Source: Macrostomum lignano (Eukaryota). Taken from it: DNA of 64,000 bases. Where the stretch lies: NCBI GenBank assembly GCA_002269645.1, contig NIVC01000074.1, positions 1-64,000 of the forward strand. The letters are read 5' to 3'. The position numbers and the translations under genes were made by a program. The notes beneath the pieces are model-generated. The model worked only from the letters and a program-made list of their open reading frames with translations. It was not told where the DNA came from and did no database searches. Of the stretch, positions 1-12,000 are shown piece by piece; position 1 is the first letter of the stretch, and each line of letters starts with the position of its first letter.

Positions 1-79
1 GAACATGCAAATTGGATATTGTTATAGTGTTAATTATTAATTTTATATTTTCTACATCCAGACCATTCATAGCTTGGAA

Positions 80-900
80 GAATTGAGACTTGGAAAGGGG
101 AGAGGAGAAAAAGAAGAAGTAAGGAAAGAAGGGGGAGGGAAGAGAGAAGAGAGAAGAAGAGGGATGAAAAGGGGGATAGAAGAATAAAAGAAAAAAGAGG
201 GAAAAACAGCCAAAAAATGAACAAATTATTAGGAAATTAGTGTTATAGATATATTCTAGATTACCTACATGCATGTGCAACCCTGATATACACTGGCTAT
301 ATGTCTTACTTTTTTTACAAAAATGCAACTAACTCTAAAAGACACCAAAGCAAAATATAATGTGATTTTGTTAAATGACTTATGGATATAGAAACATTTT
401 TGTTATATCATAACTTTAAATTTGTATTAAATTATAATGTATATACATTCTATAGATATTTTACATAAATAATATTAAATAATAATAATAGTTAATTAAT
501 ATGTGCCCATACATGCCAACACCTGTCCAACCTATCTGAACTAGACAGGTAAAATTGCTCCCAGCCAAGGTAAGTTGCAAAATTGAAAATGCAAAAAACA
601 AAAAATTGGGAGAAGAAAGAAAGGGGAGGAAGAGAAAGGAAAAGAAAAAAAGGAGAAGAGAGAGGAAAGAGGAGAGAGAAAGAGAAAAAGAGAAAAAGGC
701 AAGAAAATCATATACAAAATGAAAATTAAGTCGCAATCAGGGGAACTAAGTCATAATTAGGAAGAAATAAGTCCAAATTAGGAGGAACTAAGTTGAAATA
801 AGAGGAACTAAGTTGCAATCGGAGGAACTAAGTCACAATTGGGAGGAACTAAGTCACAATCAGAGTTCCTGGCAGAGTTCCTGGCCAGAGTGCATTCAAG
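80..900. repeat. Purine-rich (GA) low-complexity tracts and a short ~19-bp GGAGGAACTAAGTCACAAT repeat
   Basis: GA tracts at 80-225 and 600-700; tandem units at 735-865. Confidence 0.7.
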
Positions 901-2998
901 AGCTTGGTCATCCACCCTATAGCCCTGACTGCCCCCTGTAATTTTTTTGTGTTTTCCACAAATCAAGCGCAAGATACGTGGAATCTGCTATGGATCACCA
1001 GAAGCTGCAATAGAGGCCTTCACCTGGCATGTTTGCTGTTGTTGTATAGTGCATCTAAAAGCTGTATATGGCTTTTTAGTCTAAGTAATAAAGGGGGAAG
1101 GGTTACCACATACCTTCAATTACCCCAACTAATGCTAGCACCTATTTACAATTGGATAAGTCATGTAAACTATTATTTATAAATATATTGTATAATGGAA
1201 ATGATTCAAAACTTTTGTTAATATGACATTGATAGAAAAAGAGCCTTTCAAAAATTAAAATATTGTTATCAAGATCATTAACTAAAGACAAAAAATGTAT
1301 AAAAATATAAAGCAATAGTTGGAACACATAGGAATCACTAAGATTTTGAGACCCAAGTTGAATTGCTGATATATTAAGGCTTACTAAGAGAATTACTAAG
1401 ATATCATGGCTTATCACTACAATTGCTAAGATATCAAGGCCAAGATAGAATTTTATAAAAAATCCTAGACATGTTTTATGCATGCTAAAAAAACTTGTGC
1501 ACTTGCACTTATATTGTTAATAAACTTGCACATTTGAATAGACTTTTATAAAAATATTGTATAATAAAAACTAGAAGGTAGGATGAATTATCTGAAAAGT
1601 TTATATTCTGTATATGACATATAAATCAAAGTTTTTGCAAGGAAGAGACAATGTAAATAGGCTTCCCAAAAAGGTCCTTGATTGTCAAAATTGTAGAAAA
1701 GGTCCTTTATTATTGGAACTACAAAAAAGTCTTATTATTAGAAGTCAAAAAAAAATTGCACATTAAAAGATAAGAAACTTGTGCTTGTGCAAAATATTTC
1801 TATACAAATTTCTATTCCAAAATTGCCATGTAAAGATTCTATCCTGGCATCAAAGATTATTAGGCCTAAGAGTTTCTAAATTGCTATAATGGTAAGACTT
1901 AGGGAGAGGGGAATCATTGAGATGTCAAGGCAAATATGATTTATACAAATAATTTGTGTTCTTCGCTTATTGGCCATCCTAAAGTGGGACACTAGATTGA
2001 TAATAGATCTTTACCTTTTATATGCATTATATATTAGTAAGCTAGGAATTTCCTATGGGAGAGATATACCAAGGTAAAAGTGCTATGACAAAGTCACATG
2101 GTAGCATGTATAGCAACAAAGGGCAATAAGAAAGTTTTGGTCAGGCTCTTTGGGGGATATATCCCCCTATCCCCCCCTCTCTACATCCTTGAAAATGATC
2201 AAGGATGATCAAGGATCCTTGATTATGATTTATGAAGCATAAAAACTTCAAAATAGCAATAAGCAACAGCATAGCCATAGGCCTATGCAAAAGCCATAAT
2301 TAAAAAAAACACATTTAAGACAGATATAGGCTCAGATCTCATACCCAACCCACAGACTCCCATGTAACGAAAAAAAAATTCTAAAAAACAACTTTTAATT
2401 AGAGTTGCAAATGCATAGATCAATCTTGGGACAAGGGCATAACCTGCGAGGCTGCGACTGCCTATTGGGGTACTGATAGCAAATGACTTACTTAACTAGG
2501 CCTAACAGCTAACACTGAATTGTTTGTTACTTCTTTCAACAAGCGACTTTTTAGAAATTATTATGTGAGCAATAAATCGCACTTGCACTAGTCATATTAG
2601 TTCGTTGTTAAGTATGCCGAGGGAGTGCCTAGCCGGCAACTCCCTGGCCGCGCGTCACTCGCACTAGTCATATTAGAGTTTGCAACTCTCACATTTATAT
2701 TGCTATCGATAGATAATTTCTTTGAAGACCAACAAGGAGTGTTTTTAAAAATATTATCAGTTTTAACAAAAGTTGTATAAAATGTTTTCTAAAGCCGCAA
2801 AAAGCGGTGGCATTTTAAGATTTTTAAAATAAATAAACAGTAAAAAGTTGAAAAAAATTGGATTTTTTGGCAATTAAAAGCCTTTACACTAACAACAGCA
2901 CTAATTCGTCAAAGAAATATGTGACATTTTACCATCAGTTGAGGCCGCTAAACTATAGACTATAATTTTTCGTGAGTGCTTAGATAAAAGGATTATCA

Positions 2999-3057
2999 AT
3001 GAAATCAGAATCTCTATGGGTAGATAAAGTTGTCGATCGCGACAAGAATGACCAATG
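2999..3057 (+). CDS. IFT122: IFT122 exon 1 ([19 protein letters not shown])
   Basis: ATG at 2999, donor TG|gtacgt, phase 2 matches exon 2; not in the ORF track. Confidence 0.85.
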
Positions 3058-6000
3058 GTACGTGCGTTTCTTCATTTTCAGTTTGATAACTGTTAGTAGA
3101 CATTTCCCTTTTAGCTACATTTTTTAATTATACGGCTACATCTACTTTATCTGACAACACTTAACAAAAATATTATTTTTTAACAAAAAATTAGGCTGAA
3201 GTCGAGGCTTTATTTGATTTTTTTATTCAACTCTGGTGAATAACTCATGAGTCTGCGTTGCCTTTCATGTGCTTTTTAGTATCTGGGACCTCTGCTTCAG
3301 TCCTGACGGAATGCAGATTGTGGCCGCTGCAGGAAGCAGGGTGCTTGTATACAACGCCGAAGACGGAGCACTTATTCAGGCCCTGAAAGGTCACAAGGAC
3401 GCAGTTTATTGCGTGACTTACGCCAAGGATGGCAAACGCTTTGCCAGCGGTTCTGCAGACAAGATGGTTATAATTTGGGCAACCAAGCCGAAGTTGGAAG
3501 GAATTTTGAAATACTCGTGAGTTCTTTGATTCCATTTGCATATATAAATATAATGATCCTGATTTTGCTTAAACTATCATCACTAGTACCAAACTCTTTC
3601 TTGCAGGCACAACGATAGCATCCAGTGCCTGGCATTCAATCCCCTTAGCGGCCAGTTGGCCTCCTGCGCCTGCTCCGACTTCGGTCTCTGGTCGACGGAA
3701 CAAAAATCTGTTAATAAAAGCAAAGTAGCTGCCAGAGTTACCTGCTGCAGCTGGACTAAGGATGGGCAGTACCTTGCTATAGGATTGTACAACGGTGTCA
3801 TCAGCATTAGGAGCAAGGTGAGGCAGTTCATATCGATGTTTTTTGTTTGGAGTAGTACATTCGTTGCTATTAAATTGTCCAAATCTCTGCCAATTATTGC
3901 TACCAAAATTACCAAAAGTGATGGTGCGTGCTAGTTGTATTTTTCTAAGAACCCCCCCCTTAACTATCTTTTAGCAAACGTCTTGCCAGTTTTATATTAT
4001 TAGAAACACTAATGAAAATTAATTTGTCCCCTGCATAGTGTCCCAACTACTGTGGCTTTCCCAGTGTCCACCCGAGTCATCTCTGTCTTTGTATCTGCCC
4101 TCCCATGTCTCCCCTGTTGGCCTCCATACCTCCCAGCTTGCTATCCACCTATTTGTCCTCCCCTGTCTCCTGTTCTGTCCTGTTCCCATGCCTCTATTAT
4201 CCTTCACGCGACCCCCCTATAACCGGTGTCCACCTTCTGTCCTCATATACCGTCCCATCTCTCCGTGCCACTGTCCCTCCCCCTGCTCATTCATTTCTCC
4301 TCTTACCCCCCTGTCTGCAACTGAAACTGAAGCAATTCCCAGCCTATTTCGCTATCTCTGCCCCCACCACAGACCGGAGAGGAGAAGCGCAAGTTTGAAC
4401 GACCTGGCGGCGCCCTGAGCCCAGTCTGGTCTCTGGAATGGTGCCCGTCAAAGTGAGCCTTCTTTATTATTACGTTCGTATATTTGTTTATCTGGGTTTT
4501 TGTGACAAATAATACCGTTAAAAAGCAACAGTGTAAGTGCAAATGTTTTAATTTGCTCATTTAAACAAATTAAAAATTTTACAGAGACGATAAGCTGTAC
4601 ACTCTAGCCGCTGCAGACTGGGGCCAGAAAGTGGCTTTTTATCGTTTGCTGGAGAAGTCGGTAAGAAGAAATCGCCTCTCAATAGCTCTTTGAGAAATAT
4701 TTTTTTAATAGCCAATTGTTCGTATTTAAGAATAAGCTCGTTGATTCTCCACATAAGAACTTTGTAAGAGCGCATAAATAGACGAGATATAGAAGTATTT
4801 TTTTCATTTTTAACACAAAAAGACTTAGTATATGGACTAGCAGTATTAGCCCCCCCCCACCTATCTGCATCATGTGCATTTTTCTAGCGCAGATGTTCTC
4901 AACCAGAGTTGCCTATATTGAACATTAATCAAGAATAAACTTATCCAACATGTTCAGGTAACAGAGAAGGCTGTGAACTACGATCCAGCCTGCATCAGCT
5001 GGTTTCACACCGGAGATTTTGTTTTAATTTCCGGCTCAAATCACGAGTGCAACTTGTACACTAAAGACGGAACTAAGCTGGGTTTGGTTGCTAAGTCGGA
5101 TTCTTGGATTTGGGCCGCTCGCAGTCAGCCGGGTGGCAACGGTGTTGTGATTGGCTGTCAAGACGGCACAGTGGCAATGTACCAGTTGCAATTCAGCACT
5201 GTGCACAGTCTGTACAAGACTCGCTACGCCTATAGGGACAATATGACCGACGTCATTGTGCAGCACTTGCTGTCCGAAGATAAAGGTGAGCATGTCAGTT
5301 CATTCGTTCATTTGAATTCGAGTCGTAAAAGAGAGATGGAAAACTGAGTGCTTGCTTGTCCATTCTCAAATAAAGTAGGTAGTTATGGTGCTTCAATTGA
5401 GACTGGGGTGTCAGATAAGCCTGTAGGGTTGGGACTGGAGGTGTCAGGTGAGTCAGTGATATTGGGACTGAGGTGTCAGATGAGTCAGTAGGGTTGGAAC
5501 TGGAGGTGTCAGGTGAGTCAGTATGGTATATTGGGACTGGAGGTGTCAGGTGAGTCAGTGATATTGGGACTGGAGGTGTCACGTGAGTCAGTAGGATATT
5601 AGGACTGGAGGTGTCAAGTGAGTCAGTAGGATATTGAGACTGTAGGTGTCAGGTGAATCAGTAAGGTTGGGACTGGAGATGTCAGGTGAGTCAGTAGGAT
5701 ATTGGGACTGGAGGTGTCACGTGAGTCAGTAGGATATTGGGACTGGAGGATATCGGGACTGATTGGGACTGACTCACCTGACACTGGAGGGTGTCAGGGG
5801 AGGGTGTCAGGTGAGTCAGTGAGATTGGAACTCAAACCGGCCAGTTTGGAATGCCAAAATTGCTTGCAGTGCGCATCAAGAATCGAGACATGGTGAAGAA
5901 GATCGCGGTGTACAAGAACCGCCTGGCAGTGCAGCTCACCGAGGTCATCATCATCTACGAGTTGCAGTCAGACGATCCTAACGATATGCACTATCGGATT

Positions 6001-9000
6001 AAGGAGCGGATTAACAAAGCGATCGAATGCAATCTGCTTGTGGTGGCCACGAATCACCTGATGGTTTGCCAGGTAAATTGAATGGCTTTTAATCGAATTA
6101 CGACACATACAGTGACGACCCTACTGACTCACCTGACACCTCCAGTCCCAATCTCACTGACTCACCTGACACCTCCAGTCCCAATATCCTACTGACTCAC
6201 CTGAAACCTCCAGTCCCAATCTCACTGCCTCACCTGACACCTCAAGTCCTAATATCCTACTGACTCACCTGACACCTCCAGTCCCAATATCCTACTAACT
6301 CACCTGACACCTCCAGTCCCAATCTCACTGACTCACCTGACACCTCCAGTCCCAATCTCACTGACTCACTTGACACCTCCAGTCTCAAACCTACTGACTC
6401 ACCTGGCACCCCAGTCCCAACCCTACTGACTCACCTGACACCTCCAGTCCCAACCCTACTGACTCACCTGACACCTCCAGTCCCAATATCCTACTGACTC
6501 ACCTGAAACCTCCAGTCCCAATCTCACTGCCTCACCTGACACCTCAAGTCCTAATATCCTACTGACTCACCTGACACCTCCAGTCCCAACCCTACTGACT
6601 CACCTGACACCCCCAGTCCTAATATCCTACTAACTCACCTGACACCTCGAGTCCCAATATACAGCTGACTCACCTAATACCAGTGTCCCAATATCCTACT
6701 AACTCACCTGACACCTCCAGTCCCAATCTCACTGACTCACCTGGCACCTCCAGTCCCAACCCTACTGACTCACCTGACACCTCCAGTCCCAATATCCTAC
6801 TGACTCACCTGAAACCTCCAGTCCCAATATCCTACTGACTCACCTGACACCTCCAGTCCCAATATCCTACTAACTCGCCTGACACCTCCAGTCCCAAACT
6901 TACTGACTCACCTGGCACCCCAGTCCCAACCCTACTGACTCACCTGACACCCCCAGTCCCAATATCCTACTGACTCACCTGACACCTCCAGTCCCAATAT
7001 CCTACTGACTCACCTGACACCTCCAGTCCCAATATCCTACTGACTCACCTGACACCTCCAGTCCCAATATCCTACTGACTCACCTGACACCTCCAGTCCC
7101 AATATCCTATTGACTCACCTGACACCTCCAGTGCCAACCCCGCTGACTCATCAAACACCATGTTGAACCCGAACCTGGCAGGAGCGCCGTCTGCAATGCT
7201 ACAACTTCCGCGGCATCAAAGAACGCGAGTGGATGCTCGACTCGCCAATTCGCTACACAAAAGTACTCGGCGGCTCGCCAAACAAAGAAGGCCTCTTAAT
7301 CGGCATGAAGAACGGACAGATCGTGAGCATATTCTTGGATAATCCGTTCCCTGTGCAGCTGTTGAAGCAGGCCAGCTCGGTCAGGTGTCTCGACATCAAC
7401 TGCACCCGAGACCGTCTAGCAGTGATTGACGAGCACCAGACTCTGCTAGTGTACGACCTGAAGACCAAGGACCTGCTCTATCAGGAGCCCAACGCCACGA
7501 GCGTAGCCTGGAACAGCATCAACTCAGACATGCTCTGCTTCTCCGGCAACGGAACTTTAAACATTAAGGCGTCGAATTTCCCGGTGCACCAGCAGAACAT
7601 GCAGGGTTTTGTTGTCGGCTTCACCGGTTCGAAAATCTTCTGCCTGAACGTCTACGCCATGTCGTGCGTCGATGTGCCGCAGAATGCGCCGATGTATCAA
7701 TACTTGGAGAAGAAGCAGCTTAAAGAGGCCTATCAGGTGGCCTGTCTGGGTGTCACCGATAGTGACTGGCAGGCCTTGGCAACCAGCGCTTTGATGGAGA
7801 TGAGGCTGGATATCGCGTTCCTGGCGTATGCTCGGCTTAAAGACATCAAGTTCCTGCAGCTGATCTACCAGATTAAGGTGAGCTGAAGGGAGAGGACAGT
7901 GTATCAAGTTGATTGACAGTTACAATTGGGAGTTGTAGAGAGTGACAACTGTGAGTTGTAGAGAGTGACAACTGTGACTTGTAGAGAGTGACAACTATGA
8001 GTTTTAGGGAGTGACAACTGTGACTTGTAGAGAGTGACAACTTTGAGTTGTAGAGAGAGAGAGTGACAACTAAAAGTTTAACAGGGTGATAAAAATATGG
8101 GGAGACCAGGGTGACAATGGACATGGGAAGACCAGAGTGACAATTGACATGGAGAGACCAGAGTGACAATGGAAATAAGGAGACCAGAGTGACAATGGAC
8201 ATGGGGAGACCAGAGTGACAATGGAAATAAGGAGACCAGAGTGACAATGGAAATAAGGAGACCAGAGTGACAATGGAAATAAGGAGACCAGAGTGACAAT
8301 TGACATGGAGAGACCAGAGTGACAATTGACATCGAGAGACCAGAGTGACAATGGAAAAAAGGAGACCAGAGTGACAATGGAAATAAGGAGACCAGAGTGA
8401 CAATGGAAATAGGGAGACCAGAGTGACAATGGACATAAGGAGGCCAGAGTGACAATGGACATAAGGAGGCCAGAGTGACAATGGACATAAGGAGGCCAGA
8501 GTGACAATGGACATAAGGAGGCCAGAGTGACAATGGACGCTATGCTAATCCCATGGGGCTGCTAATCCGGCAGGAGCGGCAACGCCGTGGCGAGTCAGAC
8601 AGCCGGGTGTTCCTCGGCGACATCTACGCCTACATGGGCAAATTTGCCGAGGCTGCCAAAAAGTACAAAGAGGCCGGCCAAGAGCACAGAGCGATGAACA
8701 TGTACACGGACTTGAAGATGTTCGACCAGGCCAAGGACTACATGGCGGACAGTCACCCGGAGGAGCAGAAGACTCTCATGGCCAAACAGGCTGACTGGGC
8801 TCGCGATCAGAACAATCCAAAGTCGGCCGCCGAGATGTACATGACGGCCGGGGAGTACGACAAGGCCATCGAGATGATGGGCAAGCACGGCTGGACTGAA
8901 ATGTAAGAACTAAGTGTTAAATTTAGCGCCAATCTATAAAATTGTCAAATATAGCGCCAATCAAAAATGTCAAATATAGCACCAATCTATAAAATTGTCA

Positions 9001-12000
9001 AATATAGCGCCAATCTATAAAATTGTCAAATAATAGCGCCAATCTATAAAATTGTCAAATATAGCGCCAATCAAAAGTGTCAAATATAGCGCCAATCTCC
9101 AAGTGTCAAATAATAGCGCCAATCTATAAAATTGTCAAATATAGCGCCAATCTATAAGTGTCAAATATAGCTCCAATCTAAAACTGTCAAATAATAGCGC
9201 CAATCTATAAAATTGTCAAATATAGCGCCAATCCATAAGTGTCAAATATAGCGCCAATCTAAAAGTGTCAAATATAGCGCCAGCCTATAAGCGTCGAATC
9301 TGCGCCAAACTCTGTATCAACCTAGGCTAATCGACGTAGCCAGAAAAATGGACAAAGCGGACGTGAGGTACGTGACGAAATGCGCGGAATATCTTCGCCA
9401 ATTCGGCCAGTTCGCCTTCGCGGCCGAGTGCTATTATAACATTGGCGAGACTCAGAAAGTTCTGGAGCTGCACGTGGAGGCCAGGCACTGGGAGGACGCG
9501 TTTCAGATCGCAGAGAAGCATCCGGAATACAGACCGTTGGTTTACAGGCCCTACGCCAAGTTTCTGGCTGAAAATGATCGATTCGAGGAGGCTCAGGCCG
9601 CGTTTCACCAGGCTGGGCTGGAGAAGGAGGCTGTTCGAGTGCTGCAAGTGCGTGATAGGGGCGATTCTTGGGGGCGATTCTTGGGGGCAATTCTTGGGGG
9701 GCGATTCTTGGGGGCGATTCTTGGGAGGCGATTCTTGGGAGGCGATTCTTGGGGCGATTCTTTGGGGCGATTCTTGGGGGGTGGAGGTGATTCTTAGGTG
9801 GGGGGGGCGATTCTTGGGGGCGATTCTTATGGGGCGATTCTTGGGGCGATTCTTGGGGGCGATTCTTGGGGGGCGATTCTTGGGGGCAATTCTTGGGGGC
9901 GATTCTTAGAGGGCAATTCTTGGGGCAATTCTTGGGGGCAATTCTTGGGGCGATTCTTGGGGGCGATTCTTGGGAGGCGATTCTTGGGGGGCGATTCTTA
10001 GGGGGCGATTCTTTGGGGGTGGAGGTGATTCTTAGGGGGGGGGCGATTCTTGGGGGGAGGCGTATAGGGCGGTTCTTGAGGTGGTTAGAGGACGATTTGG
10101 GGGTAGAGGGCGATTTTTGGGGGGAGGGGTTAAGGGCGATTCTTGGAGGGATTCTTGGATTCTTGATCTTGGTGATGAATAACCACTAGACAAAGACGTG
10201 CACTACCGACCGGTCCCGACCAACCCGCAGGTGCTGACTGAGAACGCGGTGCACGAGCGCAGATTCGCTGACGCGGGCTACTACTACTGGAAGCTGTCGA
10301 TGCAGTGCCTCGAAATCGCTGGCTCCGACCCAGTTCAGCAAGACGACATGCTGACTAGATTTGCCGAGTTCCGCAACAAAGCGGACACCTACTATGCCTA
10401 TCAGTCTGTGCAGCACTTCATGGAGGAGCCGTTTCTCAGGGGGCAGCCGGAGAATCTGCTCAACACTGCCAGATACTTGGTGAGATGCGTTGTACTTTAA
10501 GCGATGAGTCATCGATTGTACTTTTTCGATGAGTCATCGCTTGTACTTTTTCGATGAGTCACTTTTTTACTTTAGCGATGAGTCATCATCTGTACTTTAG
10601 GTTTATAATTTGTACTTTAGCAATGAGTCATCGTTTGTACTTCAAAGTTCACGATTTGTACTTTAGCGATTGAGTCATCGCTTGTACTTTAGAGTAAGCC
10701 ATTTTTATACTTTATCAATACGCCATTCGTTTGCAGTATAAAAAGCATAGCGATGACGAGTCATCATTGTACTTTAGTGATGAATATAATTTTTCAGTAC
10801 AGCCAGGGTTCATTAGTGCACTTAACAACGATTTGTCGTTAAACCAACCGTCCAGGTGCACAAGCTGAGCCGCAAAGGCACTGAGCTGCCTCCAGGCGTG
10901 TCCAAGATGGCCGTGTACTACACAATGGCCAAGCAGGCCCTGGATCTCAAGGCCTTCAAACTGGCCAGGCACGCCTACGAGAAACTGCAGGCTTTCAAAG
11001 TGCCGGCTCACATCCAGGAGACTGTGGAGCTCAACAGCCTGCGAGTGCGGTCAAAACCGTTTCACGATGTCGAGGTGATGAGAGCCGCTTTGGCGTCCTG
11101 CGGACTGACACCCCGGGCTTCTAGGGTTCAGATGTCAGACCTTCAGTCTGACATCCCGAATCCTTTGGTCTGACATCCCAAATCTCTTCAGTCTGACATC
11201 CCAAGTCTCTTCAGTCTGACATCCCGAGTCTCTTCAGTCTGACATCCCGAATCCTTCAGTCTGACATCCCGAGTCTCTTCAGTCTGACATCCCAAATCCT
11301 TCAGTCTGACATCCCGAGTCTCTTCAGTCTGAAATCCCGAGTCTCTTTAGTCTGACATCCCGAGTCTCTTCAGTCTGACATCCCAAATCCTTCAGTCTGA
11401 CATCCCGAGTCTCTTCAGTCTGACATCCCAAATCCTTCAGTCTGACATCCCGAATCCTTCAGTCTGACATCCCAAATCCTTCAGTCTGACATCCCGAATC
11501 CTTCAGTCTGACATCCCGAATCCTTCAGTCTGACATCCCGAATCCTTCAGTCTGACATCCTGGATCTCTTCAGTCTGACATCCCGAATCCTTCAGTCTGA
11601 CATCCCGAGTCTCTTCAGTCTGACATCCCGAATACTTCAGTCTGACATCCCGAGTCTCTTCAGTCTGAAATCCCGAGTCTCTTCAGTCTGGCATCCAGAA
11701 TCCTTCAGTCTGACTTCCCGAGTCTCTTCAGTCTGACATCCCGAATCCTTCAGTCTGACATCCCGAGTCTCTTTAGTCTGACATCCCGAATCTTTCAGTC
11801 TGACATCCCGAATCCTTCAGTCTGACATCCCGAGTCTCTTCAGTCTGACATCCCGAATCCTTCAGTCTGACATCCCGAATCCTTCAGTCTGACATCCCGA
11901 GTCTCTTCAGTCTGACATCCCGAATACTTCAGTCTGACATCCCGAGTCTCTTCAGTCTGACATCCCAAATCCTTCAGTCTGACATCCCAAATCCTTCAGT

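Noticed and set aside
30-1483. Hydrophobic F/L/S-rich ORFs at 30..224, 461..736, 904..1182, 1142..1483, 33036..33308 and 43168..43449
   Set aside because: They are translations of purine/pyrimidine low-complexity tracts or AT-rich DNA with no motif or splice support
7873-8533. Many ORF-track entries over arrays (e.g. 8070..8507, 9442..9909, 25326..26703, 42270..43026, 47645..48290, 50495..51249, 61192..61826)
   Set aside because: They are open only because the repeat unit lacks stop codons in that frame; they lie inside GT-AG introns whose removal restores the conserved host protein
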